From Euryarchaeota archaeon UBA86 (GTDB taxonomy: Archaea > Thermoplasmatota > Poseidoniia > Poseidoniales > Thalassarchaeaceae), in the NCBI GenBank assembly GCA_002503055.1, contig DAQX01000029.1, positions 2,674 through 66,673 on the forward strand: a DNA stretch of 64,000 bases, read 5' to 3'. Positions 20,737-29,584 of the stretch are shown piece after piece (the first letter of the stretch is position 1; every line of letters starts with the position of its first letter). The notes beneath the pieces were generated by a model, which was not told where the DNA came from, did not search any database, and was given only the letters and a program-made list of their open reading frames with translations. The position numbers were made by a program, and so were the translations under genes.

Positions 20737-20811
20737 ACGAGTGTAGTGTAGTGGTTATCACCGGGCGTTGCCAACGCCTGAACCCGGGTTCAAATCCCGG
20801 CACTCGTACCA
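20737..20811 (+). tRNA. tRNA-Gly (anticodon GCC), CCA encoded
   Basis: Hand-folded cloverleaf. The acceptor stem is ACGAGTG/CACTCGT. The D-loop contains GG. The anticodon loop is TTGCCAA. The T arm is CCGGG-TTCAAAT-CCCGG. The discriminator is A and is followed by CCA. Confidence 0.8.
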
Positions 20812-20841
20812 TGAATTGGCAGATGCGTATCTCTAAATGAT

Positions 20842-21120
20842 CTAATCAATCTGATTTTCTCTTCTTAGTCTAGTCACTCCTACAATTAGAGATAGAATAC
20901 AAACCAAAGCCGCCACATTTGCGGCAATTATCGAAATTGATCCGATTAGGATTCCGTAGATTAGCCATAATACGAGAGCCGTAGAAACCAACCAGAAAGT
21001 GGGAAGTGAGATGCCCTCATGAAGTCCTTCTATCCACACCTCTCTCAACTGAGGAAGCCAAGCCATTACGCCTAATGTTCCAGCAATGATTCCAATCGAT
21101 TCAATCAGAAAGGTCTGCAT
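20842..21120 (-). CDS. PQ-loop / SemiSWEET-like three-TM membrane protein
   Basis: Three hydrophobic helices with WLPQL in the first one. The start is trimmed to ATG 21120 (MQTFLIES), 7 nt after the upstream stop. Confidence 0.55.
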   Translation of the reverse strand: MQTFLIESIGIIAGTLGVMAWLPQLREVWIEGLHEGISLPTFWLVSTALVLWLIYGILIGSISIIAANVAALVCILSLIVGVTRLRRENQID

Positions 21121-21127
21121 GCTAACC

Positions 21128-22012
21128 TCAAAGATCATCTCGGTCCGATTTACCATCTGATGACCACTCATAGATTCCCTTGCCGACTTTCTTTCCTAGA
21201 TTTCCAGTTTCGACCAAACGATCGAGCATAGGATGTGGCAAGTATCGATCATCATCGAAAGCCTCGGCCAGATTGTTCAAAATATCGCGACGAACATCTA
21301 AACCAACTAAGTCGCTTAACTCAAGAGGTCCCATTGGATGCTTGTAGCCAAGTCGCATAGCAGTGTCAATGTCGCTAGCTGAGGCGACCCCATCTGCAAG
21401 CATCCTAATCGCCTCATTGCCCAGAACCACGCCCAATCTACTGGTAGCGAAACCCGGCACATCGCGAACAAGAATAGTTTCCTTTCCCATTGCAGAACCG
21501 ATTGATTGCGCGACTTTGACAGTGTCATCCGAACACGATTCATGACGAACTAACTCTATTAGACTCATCAACGGAACCGGATTGAAGAAATGCATCCCGA
21601 TAATCCTCTCCGGACACCCAGTAACACTCGCAATGTCTCCAATTCGTAGGCCGGAGGTATTGGTTGCAATAATTGCGTGAGAAGGCGCCATCTCTTCGAG
21701 CTGACGAAAGATACTTTGCTTCAGTTCCATTATCTCGGGCACGGCCTCGATTACGAGATCAGCACCAGATACTGCCGTGGACATATCATCGTGCGAACTA
21801 AGATTAGCCAACCACTCTGATTTCTGCTGCTCTGTGGTCTTACCGCGAACGATCCCTTTGTTCCAGAAGGAACTAATCGAATCCATGCCCTTCTGAAGCC
21901 CCTCAGGAAATGCATCGTAGAGCCGGGTTTGCCAACCAGTCTGAGCACAAACCTGAGCAATTCCGGAACCCATCGTCCCGGCGCCGATGACGGCGACGGT
22001 TCGGATACTCAT
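21128..22012 (-). CDS. hbd: 3-hydroxyacyl/3-hydroxybutyryl-CoA dehydrogenase
   Basis: Rossmann VAVIGAGTMGSGIAQ motif and HFFNPVPLM. 294 aa. Confidence 0.9.
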   Translation of the reverse strand: MSIRTVAVIGAGTMGSGIAQVCAQTGWQTRLYDAFPEGLQKGMDSISSFWNKGIVRGKTTEQQKSEWLANLSSHDDMSTAVSGADLVIEAVPEIMELKQSIFRQLEEMAPSHAIIATNTSGLRIGDIASVTGCPERIIGMHFFNPVPLMSLIELVRHESCSDDTVKVAQSIGSAMGKETILVRDVPGFATSRLGVVLGNEAIRMLADGVASASDIDTAMRLGYKHPMGPLELSDLVGLDVRRDILNNLAEAFDDDRYLPHPMLDRLVETGNLGKKVGKGIYEWSSDGKSDRDDL

Positions 22013-22016
22013 TGAC

Positions 22017-22577
22017 TCACTCCCGGCCGTATGCTGCTAGCGCTGCTTGAAACAGTCGCTGACGAGGCACATCATGCTCTAGGAAGCAGGTGAACGGAGC
22101 GACATCCTTGAGCAACTCAATTGCAGAAACATATGCTCCGTATACATACGGGTCAGCGGTTTCTGTGCTAGGGATATCTATTCCCAACTTGCTCAATCCT
22201 CTGAGTGTATCCTCGTCCCAGATAGCATATGTGTGACTTGTGAAATGTAAGTAGGCGGAAAGCCGGCGCATATCTGACCTAGCCTTCTCAGTAAAACTCT
22301 CGATTAGGAGGGTGTCAGGGTACCTGATAGCATAGAGGGCCAGCAAAACTTCCCTCTGAGTCTCCTCGCGCCAATCGCGCTTTGGCAAACCCATCCATGA
22401 GTCAATCATGTCAAGCATTTCCTGATTGTATGGTCTGCGAATTCTGTAGAGTAACTCCTCGTAACCATCAGCGTCCTGCTCGTCAGAATGGTGGTGCTCG
22501 TGGAAGTACTCGGTCAACTTGTCGAAGAATGGAGCGCAACGCTCCTTATCGAACATGGTCAAAGCGACATGCTGCAT
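22017..22577 (-). CDS. Hypothetical protein (His/acidic-rich N-terminus)
   Basis: 186-aa ORF packed tightly (4-15 nt gaps) between the BoxB-like gene and hbd. I recognise no family. Confidence 0.55.
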   Translation of the reverse strand: MQHVALTMFDKERCAPFFDKLTEYFHEHHHSDEQDADGYEELLYRIRRPYNQEMLDMIDSWMGLPKRDWREETQREVLLALYAIRYPDTLLIESFTEKARSDMRRLSAYLHFTSHTYAIWDEDTLRGLSKLGIDIPSTETADPYVYGAYVSAIELLKDVAPFTCFLEHDVPRQRLFQAALAAYGRE

Positions 22578-22592
22578 GTAAATCCCTCAGAA

Positions 22593-23735
22593 TCAGTTAC
22601 CCTTCCACTCGCGATACTGAATCCACTCTTCTTTCATGTACTCATTGACCAGCCTATCCTCGTCTTCATCAGTAGGAAGTACCGACGAGAGATAGTTTTC
22701 CCAAGCATCATCATCACCATCGAAAATCTCTCCATGAACAGTATAGCGCTTACCAGCATACTTGCCGATGCCGCGCTTGAACTTGTCAGAAGGGATGTAG
22801 AGTTCAGGCTCACCTTCCTTTCTAGCCTTGCTAATTCTGCGCATCTCTTCACGCAACTCTTGGAAGTATAGATCTCTGCTTGCTTCGTTCAAATGCTCTC
22901 TGTCTGCTGATTCCGAAGACTCCCTCTCATCATATCTGCCCTTAACTCCGTACACATATGCCCACTGAGCACTAGACGAGTCATCTGTTCCGAATAGGTC
23001 GAGTCCAGTGCTTACCCACTTGTTGACATACTTCTGAATCAGAGCACATGGAATGACTCCTTGCTTTACGATTCTTCGAAGACCATTTGCACCTGTTCCT
23101 AGGTGGAATGACTCCTCCTTGAGCATAGGGCCCATTGAGGCAGCGAGCGGCTTGAATGAAGAAGTACTGAGCATCTTCAGCTGGTACTTACCATCACGGT
23201 CGATGAAGTGAGTGAACATGAAGAAGTCAAGCCAATGATCAATTGGTTCGTTGAAAGAACCAAGGATTCGAGTCCCATCCTGAGCATTTCTCTCCAACAA
23301 CTTAGCTGCTTCACGAACTCCCTGCTCACCAAAGAAGGTGCAAAGTAGGTAAGCCATCTGCCAGCCGTGGCGCTGCTCTTCACACATGATTCTGAGAGCG
23401 GACTTGCGATCATATTCCGTCGGTGCAGAAGCCAATAGGTGGTTCTGTTGTTCGACAGATGCGAACTCCGTATCTCCCTGAACACTTACCATATTGATGA
23501 TTGCATCTCTGATGGTCTGCTGAGGAATCTGCATCCTCCTCTGCCACTTTGGTCTGCCTTCGAAATCTCCGAACTCGATAGTGTCTCCAGCGGTATCCCA
23601 GTCGAACTTGATATCGAACCTGTAGTCACCTAGCCAAGAAGGGTCAAACCCTATTCTAGTCTGCCACTCATTAAACTCTTCAATCCACACTTCGAAGTTC
23701 TGCGTGTAGTCTGCTACTATCTCTGCGTCTGCCAT
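22593..23735 (-). CDS. Diiron acyl-CoA oxygenase, BoxB-like (benzoyl-CoA 2,3-epoxidase family)
   Basis: QGDTEFASVEQQ, EEQRHGWQMAYLL (ExxH), FFMFTHFIDRDGKYQL and KEESFHLGTG (ExxH) match my recollection of BoxB rather than PaaA. At 380 aa it is shorter than bacterial BoxB. Confidence 0.65.
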   Translation of the reverse strand: MADAEIVADYTQNFEVWIEEFNEWQTRIGFDPSWLGDYRFDIKFDWDTAGDTIEFGDFEGRPKWQRRMQIPQQTIRDAIINMVSVQGDTEFASVEQQNHLLASAPTEYDRKSALRIMCEEQRHGWQMAYLLCTFFGEQGVREAAKLLERNAQDGTRILGSFNEPIDHWLDFFMFTHFIDRDGKYQLKMLSTSSFKPLAASMGPMLKEESFHLGTGANGLRRIVKQGVIPCALIQKYVNKWVSTGLDLFGTDDSSSAQWAYVYGVKGRYDERESSESADREHLNEASRDLYFQELREEMRRISKARKEGEPELYIPSDKFKRGIGKYAGKRYTVHGEIFDGDDDAWENYLSSVLPTDEDEDRLVNEYMKEEWIQYREWKGN

Positions 23736-23803
23736 CGTTAATTGGCAGAGATAACAGGTATATCAAACGCTGTATATGAAAGCGCACTCTACAGAGTGCG
23801 GTC

Positions 23804-24685
23804 TCAGTTACCATCGAATTCTGGAACTTCTCTGTTCACATATGCCGCAATACCCTTCTTGGCATCCTCACTCTGGAACAAATCCGACTGCAACTCTCTT
23901 TCTAGGGCCAAATGGTACTCTAGTGGAATCTCCATCCCACTCTGCACACTTCGCTTTATGTTTCCAATGGCCTTACTCGCAGCGTAGGGTAGAGTGAACT
24001 GGCCAGCATAGTCAAGCACATCTTGTTGGAACTCATCCAAACTTCCAGCCCAAACATCGTGAACTAGATCCATTTCCTTGGCTTCCTCGTATGAGAACTT
24101 ACGTCCTGTAACCATAATTTCCATCGCCTTTGCCTTGCCTACTAAGCGGGCAAGTCTAGCAGTACCTCCGGTTCCTGCAAGCACTCCTAGAGAGACTTCC
24201 GGTAGTCCGACTTGACCCGAGTCCTTGCGGCCGATACGAATGTCGGCGGACATTGCAATCTCAAGTCCACCGCCGACAGCGTGACCGTTCAGTGCAGCGA
24301 TAACAAGCTTGGGAGTCTGCTCTAATCTGCTCAGAGTTTCATTGGCGTGAAGACAGAAGAAATACTTGAATCCGGGACTAACTGAATCCAGCATGCTGAT
24401 GCTGGCTCCTGCCGAGAAGAACTTCTCTCCGTATCCAGTTAGGAGGATTACGGTTACATCATCGTCGAAGCGAGCCTTAAGCACAGCCTCATCGATATCT
24501 CTCATCATTGCGTGAGTATAGGTGTTCACCGGAGTCTTACCCTCAGTTAGCGGCTCGCCAGCGGAATCAGAGCACAGTTCGATTACTGCGATTCCGTTGT
24601 CAGTCACTCCGTAGTTCACAAGGTTGTTCTGCATTGGCTGCATTTCCGGCCAAGATGTCATACCCGGGCCACTCAGGGACGCCAT
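23804..24685 (-). CDS. Enoyl-CoA hydratase/isomerase family protein
   Basis: Crotonase core FFSAGASISML...LNGHAVGGGLEIAMSADIRI. The start is trimmed to ATG 24685 (MASLSG), 29 nt downstream of the preceding stop. Confidence 0.85.
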   Translation of the reverse strand: MASLSGPGMTSWPEMQPMQNNLVNYGVTDNGIAVIELCSDSAGEPLTEGKTPVNTYTHAMMRDIDEAVLKARFDDDVTVILLTGYGEKFFSAGASISMLDSVSPGFKYFFCLHANETLSRLEQTPKLVIAALNGHAVGGGLEIAMSADIRIGRKDSGQVGLPEVSLGVLAGTGGTARLARLVGKAKAMEIMVTGRKFSYEEAKEMDLVHDVWAGSLDEFQQDVLDYAGQFTLPYAASKAIGNIKRSVQSGMEIPLEYHLALERELQSDLFQSEDAKKGIAAYVNREVPEFDGN

Positions 24686-24714
24686 ATCAAACAAACGGAG
24701 ACGAATGACGCCTT

Positions 24715-25944
24715 TCAGGCGTCGCCATCTCCGAAAGAGATTGATCCTCCGCCTTTGCGAATTGCCTCCCACTGTGAACCAATCTCCTCGGCTCGCGGAC
24801 TCGGTTCCCACGAGTCGCGAGACAGAGAACTCCTGAACGGCATCCTTCGAACCATCCTACCATCTTTCAGTTGCTTACGCCGCAGCATGCCTGCCCTAAC
24901 AATGGGCCAGAGCATTAGTCGAAGTGGCCCAGGAGCATACAACCAGCGCATGAAGACTAAACCGTCGCCTTTTCTGCGCTGGTTTCTCATCCAGTGATTA
25001 GCGACCAGTTTGAATCCCCTGTCTCCGACTCTGTTCATCAAGAAGCGATTGATGGCACTGGCTCGAACCAGAGGGACCAAGCGCTTTCGGACTTCAGCCT
25101 CGTAATCAGATTCTCCAAGTATTGCCTTAGCTGCAAAGACTCCGCTAGTGATTGCATAGCGCATCCCGAATCCCCACATGAAGTCCTGTAGCCCACCTGC
25201 TTCACCAACATAGTATCGCCCCTCGTGGACATACCTGTCAGGTAGTGAAAAGTCGCCTTTACCACCAACTCTCTTGATGGGTCTACGATTGAGTTCGTAG
25301 TGCTGCTCATACCACGCAATCGTCTCGTTCAGATAGCGCGATGTACGCTTCTGTTTACGCCAAAGGCAGGTGCAGATTAGTCCAATGCCATCGATAATAA
25401 TCAGGTAAGAGTAGGCACCAGGGGCGAGCTTGTCATTGAGTTGGAATGAAACATGGTTAGGATGGTCAGTGTGAAAGATTTCACCGAAGGCAACCGCACT
25501 CGATTCCTTGGGCCCGGCTGCGACAATATGACAGTCTTCAGGAGGCCTCCGAGTACCATAGTGTATGGTGGCACCCGCAGCCGTTGCCATTCGCTTGAAT
25601 CCCTGGTCAATGCAGTGCGAGTCAGTACCACGTTCGACCACTCTGAAGGCAACACCGTCAGTAATAGGGTTGGTAATTTCATCATCGGGATGAATCAGGT
25701 CAATGATATCGAAGTCGTTAGACTTGAACTCTTCAGGATCTAAACCCCAATCACGCATTTCATCGAAGAAGTCCGACTCACTACTGGTCCAATTTTCGAT
25801 ACCTTGGAAATCCCCATCGAAACGAGCACCACTGTCATTTCTAATTTCATGCACATGGACCTCCCTGCCTGCCTTAGCCAGATAGGTCGCTGCGGCCAGT
25901 CCAGAAAGTCCAGCGCCGAGAATGTGGACTGGCTCCTCACTCAT
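24715..25944 (-). CDS. FAD-dependent oxidoreductase (geranylgeranyl-reductase/UbiH-like fold)
   Basis: Rossmann dinucleotide motif VHILGAGLSGLAAATYLAKAGREVHVHE and a later GEAGG motif. The start is set at ATG 25944. Confidence 0.7.
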   Translation of the reverse strand: MSEEPVHILGAGLSGLAAATYLAKAGREVHVHEIRNDSGARFDGDFQGIENWTSSESDFFDEMRDWGLDPEEFKSNDFDIIDLIHPDDEITNPITDGVAFRVVERGTDSHCIDQGFKRMATAAGATIHYGTRRPPEDCHIVAAGPKESSAVAFGEIFHTDHPNHVSFQLNDKLAPGAYSYLIIIDGIGLICTCLWRKQKRTSRYLNETIAWYEQHYELNRRPIKRVGGKGDFSLPDRYVHEGRYYVGEAGGLQDFMWGFGMRYAITSGVFAAKAILGESDYEAEVRKRLVPLVRASAINRFLMNRVGDRGFKLVANHWMRNQRRKGDGLVFMRWLYAPGPLRLMLWPIVRAGMLRRKQLKDGRMVRRMPFRSSLSRDSWEPSPRAEEIGSQWEAIRKGGGSISFGDGDA

Positions 25945-26021
25945 GCTACCGCGAACATTCACCCCTGCTTGAACGGTTGGGTCTTGCGTGGCGTTCAAGC
26001 GCGACACCCGCATGGCCAGTC

Positions 26022-26444
26022 ATGCCAAGCGTGCGGGTGCTAGTTGAACCCGAACAACTCGAACCCGATTCACTCCGCCAAGAACTTGAGACAGAGGGCT
26101 GCGGAAGTGTAGTCAGTTTTGTTGGCTTGACTCGTGGAGAGGACGATGGAATCGCTGTAGAGAGGCTGGAGTTCGATGCATGGGAAGAAAAACTTCCCGA
26201 TGTACTGAATAATTTAGCCGAGCAGGCGATAATTCAATTCGGTGTTAAATCAGTGGTAATGGCACATCGCACTGGCTCAGTAGGCCCTAGCGAGCCAATA
26301 GTCTGCATCCACACCGCCTCTCCTCACAGGGCCGAGGGCTTCGAGGCCTGTAGTTGGCTAATTGACGAACTCAAGCGACAAGCTCCTTTGTGGAAGAAAG
26401 AAGTCAGGGCCGATGGGGAAATCTGGAAGGCTGGCCTGGGCTGA
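26022..26444 (+). CDS. moaE: Molybdopterin synthase catalytic subunit
   Basis: SFVGLTRG..., MAHRTGSVGPSEPIVCIHTASPHRAEGFEA and APLWKKE match the MoaE pattern. ATG at 26022. Confidence 0.8.
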   Translation: MPSVRVLVEPEQLEPDSLRQELETEGCGSVVSFVGLTRGEDDGIAVERLEFDAWEEKLPDVLNNLAEQAIIQFGVKSVVMAHRTGSVGPSEPIVCIHTASPHRAEGFEACSWLIDELKRQAPLWKKEVRADGEIWKAGLG

Positions 26445-27779
26445 TTAGATCGCGCCTACACCACTGATCGCATTCGGTACATTCGAAGCGATCCCTTCGA
26501 CCATCATCCAACCGTGCCCTTTGATGCCGTCTCCAACCAGTCGAATTCCATCTACGCCAATATCAGAAGGCAACTCTGCACCCTGCGGGGCTCGATTACA
26601 CGGCCAGTTCCTATGGTAAGAGTGAACACATATTTCCTCAGCGTGGTCAGATAACCACGGAATCGCTTCGTACAGATCATCTCTGCCCTTGCTAATCTCC
26701 GACTTAACAGTCGGGTCAGGAACAAACTGGTGAGTAATCATCAGATGCTTACCTTCGGGAGCCAGACTAGAATCTGAGAAGGTAGGGATGACATATCCAC
26801 CAACTCGTTCTAGTCCTGGAAGCATGGTAACACCGCTACCTCGATGAGGGATATCATCATCGAGAGCAAACGCAAAACCAATTCCCCCTACTGCCTGAGT
26901 ATCACGCACTTGCTCTCTGACGCCTTCTGTAACCTCGAAGTCTTCAGAAAGTGAATTTAGCAGGTTAGGATGACCACCGTTGTGAATAATTGAATCTGCA
27001 CCAACCCACTTCGCTTCGTCACGCCCTCGTCGTCGTACACCAATGCAAAACCTGTGATTCTTAGTCGACTCCTCTTCATCACCGGGAAGGATTTCTGTTA
27101 TCTCGTGAGATAGCTTGACTCGCGTACCATTCTCACGCAGATCCTTCCTCAAACCATCTATCACACCTTTGCAGCCGCCTTTCGGAACATGTGGCCTGTC
27201 ACTCCAGAAAGAATTCTGCAACATTCTGACAACAGTTGAGGCTGGCATTTGATCGAATCTTAGGCTAATTGCGAAGTTTGAGAATGCATCTAGAAAATCT
27301 ATGAAATCATCAGAAAATCGCCTTGACAACCAAGTTCTACCATCTTCAGTCTCGTCCTCCCAGGGATCCTTCGCTCTTTTCATTAGGAGACCTGGTAGAT
27401 TGATTGCGTCCTTAGCAGAGAACCATGGAAGAATACCAAAAGCCGAACCGGCTCTACTCAACTTACCATCTCTGATTTGACAGGCGAACTTTGTTGTTGG
27501 AAGAAACTCAACTCCATGCCGCCCTAATTCGAGCCCACCCCTTCTGCGCTTGCCTAGGATCATATTGGCAAATGGCCCCTTTTTCCCATGTGGTATCATA
27601 TGGACAGCACCGGTAGGAATCTGATATCCATCGTGATCGTGCTGAGTGAACCTACCTCCTGCGAAAGACATTCTCTCATATACACTGACATCTGATCTAC
27701 CGGTCTGCGCAATCAGCGCAGCAGACATCAGGCCACCCACACCCGCTCCAATCACGACTGTTTTCGGTTTGTCAGCCAT
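26445..27779 (-). CDS. FAD/NAD(P)-dependent oxidoreductase, phytoene-desaturase (CrtI)-like
   Basis: N-terminal VVIGAGVGGLMSAALIAQ...YERMSFAGGR. 444 aa. Confidence 0.7.
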   Translation of the reverse strand: MADKPKTVVIGAGVGGLMSAALIAQTGRSDVSVYERMSFAGGRFTQHDHDGYQIPTGAVHMIPHGKKGPFANMILGKRRRGGLELGRHGVEFLPTTKFACQIRDGKLSRAGSAFGILPWFSAKDAINLPGLLMKRAKDPWEDETEDGRTWLSRRFSDDFIDFLDAFSNFAISLRFDQMPASTVVRMLQNSFWSDRPHVPKGGCKGVIDGLRKDLRENGTRVKLSHEITEILPGDEEESTKNHRFCIGVRRRGRDEAKWVGADSIIHNGGHPNLLNSLSEDFEVTEGVREQVRDTQAVGGIGFAFALDDDIPHRGSGVTMLPGLERVGGYVIPTFSDSSLAPEGKHLMITHQFVPDPTVKSEISKGRDDLYEAIPWLSDHAEEICVHSYHRNWPCNRAPQGAELPSDIGVDGIRLVGDGIKGHGWMMVEGIASNVPNAISGVGAI

Positions 27780-27788
27780 TGATGCACC

Positions 27789-28049
27789 TCAGGTGTAGAC
27801 CAATGCTCCTGTTGGACACCACAGTAAGCACCTCAAACAGTCAGTGCAATTTTCTAGAATAACCTCACATAATCCCTCCACAACTAGTGCATCGTCCTTA
27901 CAAGCCATTAGGCAATATGAGCATCCTACGCATAGATCATCCATAACCCCGAGACGCATCGCATCTGTGATAGGGCGGTCATGGCTAATTCCAGAAATCA
28001 ATACCGGTACCGCACCGGGCGTAGCCCTCTCCCGAAAGGTCCCTACCAT
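27789..28049 (-). CDS. Small 4Fe-4S ferredoxin-like protein
   Basis: Two Cys clusters: CVGCSYCLMAC and CTDCLRCLLWCP. It lies 9 nt upstream of the CrtI-like gene on the same strand. Confidence 0.6.
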   Translation of the reverse strand: MVGTFRERATPGAVPVLISGISHDRPITDAMRLGVMDDLCVGCSYCLMACKDDALVVEGLCEVILENCTDCLRCLLWCPTGALVYT

Positions 28050-28150
28050 AACTTCACATCGTGGAGTACTATTTCAGATGTTATCCATATTCGGATATTT
28101 TCGTTAACTTCTCGCTGAATTATAAGTGAAGACCCCCCGTATGTGGAAAG

Positions 28151-28612
28151 ATGGACGACGAGGGCTGGACAGGAATGGTCGACATAGGTTCCAAGCCGGT
28201 AGTTGCCCGTGAGGCAGTAGCAACTGGAGTATTGATACTCTCAGAGACCGCTATCGATGTCGTCGCAAATGGACGCTCCCCCAAGGGCGATGTCAGAGAA
28301 GCCTCGACCATAGCAGCCATTCAGGCGGTTAAGGAGACTCCCCGAACACTGCCCCATTGTCATCCCATACCGATCGAAGGCTGCGATGTTGATTGGAAGA
28401 TTGAGGGTGGCGGACTTCGTTGTACTGTCACTGTCAGAACACATTGGACTACAGGAGTTGAGATGGAGGCACTTTGCGGAGTCAGCGCTGCGCTACTATG
28501 TGCATGGGACATGCTGAAACCACTCGAGAAGGACTCTAATGGGCAATATCCCAACTCTCGGATTGAAGGAATCCGTGTGCTCAGAAAGAGTAAGTCAGAC
28601 CCGCATAATTGA
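28151..28612 (+). CDS. moaC: Cyclic pyranopterin monophosphate synthase accessory protein
   Basis: MVDIGSKPVV..., KGDV...A.IAAIQA.K.T and HPIPIEG.DV patterns. 153 aa. Confidence 0.85.
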   Translation: MDDEGWTGMVDIGSKPVVAREAVATGVLILSETAIDVVANGRSPKGDVREASTIAAIQAVKETPRTLPHCHPIPIEGCDVDWKIEGGGLRCTVTVRTHWTTGVEMEALCGVSAALLCAWDMLKPLEKDSNGQYPNSRIEGIRVLRKSKSDPHN

Positions 28613-29584
28613 ATGCCTAGACCCACTCCGGTATCTATGGCTACAAGGGACTTAGCGGACCACTTTGTACAAGCCACCGAGGCCGCAGCCGTAGCAGCTT
28701 CGAAGTGGATAGGCCTCGGAGATGGAAAGGCTGCAGATGGAGCAGCGGTCGAAGCCATGCGCACTGTATTCGACAATATCCCATTCGACGGCAGGGTTGC
28801 GATAGGAGAAGGTGAACGAGACGACGCCCCTATGTTGTGGATCGGAGAACCCCTCGGATCGATGCAAGGTAAGCCGGGATCTCCTAGCATAGATATCGCA
28901 GTAGATCCTCTCGAGTGTACTAATCATGTTGCCTTGGACAAGCCAAACGCAATGGCGGTTCTAGCTGCTGCTCCTAGAGGGGCTTTGCTACATGCTCCTG
29001 ATTGTTATATGGACAAAATTACGGGACCCGCGGAGATGGCCGGGCACATCAGCCTCGAGGCCGATGTATCATACAATGTCGAGGCTGCATGCAGTGTTCT
29101 CGACAAACACAGTTCACTGCTCAAGGTTGTGGTTATGGATAGGCCTAGACACGAAGACCTGATTCGTGATTTGAATCAATACGATGTAGATGTAGTACTA
29201 ATTGGAGACGGCGATATTGCGGCCGCACTAAACGCCGCTGATCCAAATTCAGATATTGATATGTTGATGGGAATAGGAGCAGCCCCTGAGGGCGTAATCA
29301 CCGCTACCGCTCTGCGCGGTTTGAAGGCACCATTCGAAGGTCGTTTGATTTTCAAGAATGACGGTCACCGAGACAGGGCAGAGAAGATGATTGACGGCGA
29401 TGTCGACAGACTTTGGAGCAGAGATGAACTCTGCTCCTCTGATGATTCAATTTTCATCGGAACAGGAGTCTGTGCTGGACGAACCAGAGGGGTCGAGGAG
29501 ACTGAAGATGGACGCCACTCGGTTCACTCAGAAGTGATAGATGTCAGTTCTGGCGAGCATTACTATTTATCCTCCGTGCGATGA
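28613..29584 (+). CDS. glpX: Fructose-1,6-bisphosphatase class II
   Basis: N-terminal ATEAAAVAASKWIGLGDGKAADGAAVEAMR and IGEGERDDAPML, typical of GlpX. It abuts the moaC stop. Confidence 0.85.
   Translation: MPRPTPVSMATRDLADHFVQATEAAAVAASKWIGLGDGKAADGAAVEAMRTVFDNIPFDGRVAIGEGERDDAPMLWIGEPLGSMQGKPGSPSIDIAVDPLECTNHVALDKPNAMAVLAAAPRGALLHAPDCYMDKITGPAEMAGHISLEADVSYNVEAACSVLDKHSSLLKVVVMDRPRHEDLIRDLNQYDVDVVLIGDGDIAAALNAADPNSDIDMLMGIGAAPEGVITATALRGLKAPFEGRLIFKNDGHRDRAEKMIDGDVDRLWSRDELCSSDDSIFIGTGVCAGRTRGVEETEDGRHSVHSEVIDVSSGEHYYLSSVR

Noticed and set aside
20609-20812. 67-aa minus-strand ORF, and likewise the 62-aa ORF at 46996..47184.
   Set aside because: Both simply read through the tRNA-Gly genes (characteristic GFEPG translation of the T-arm).
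28360-28890. 176-aa minus-strand ORF across the moaC/glpX junction.
   Set aside because: It is antisense to two well-supported genes and its translation is A/S/P-rich shadow-frame sequence.
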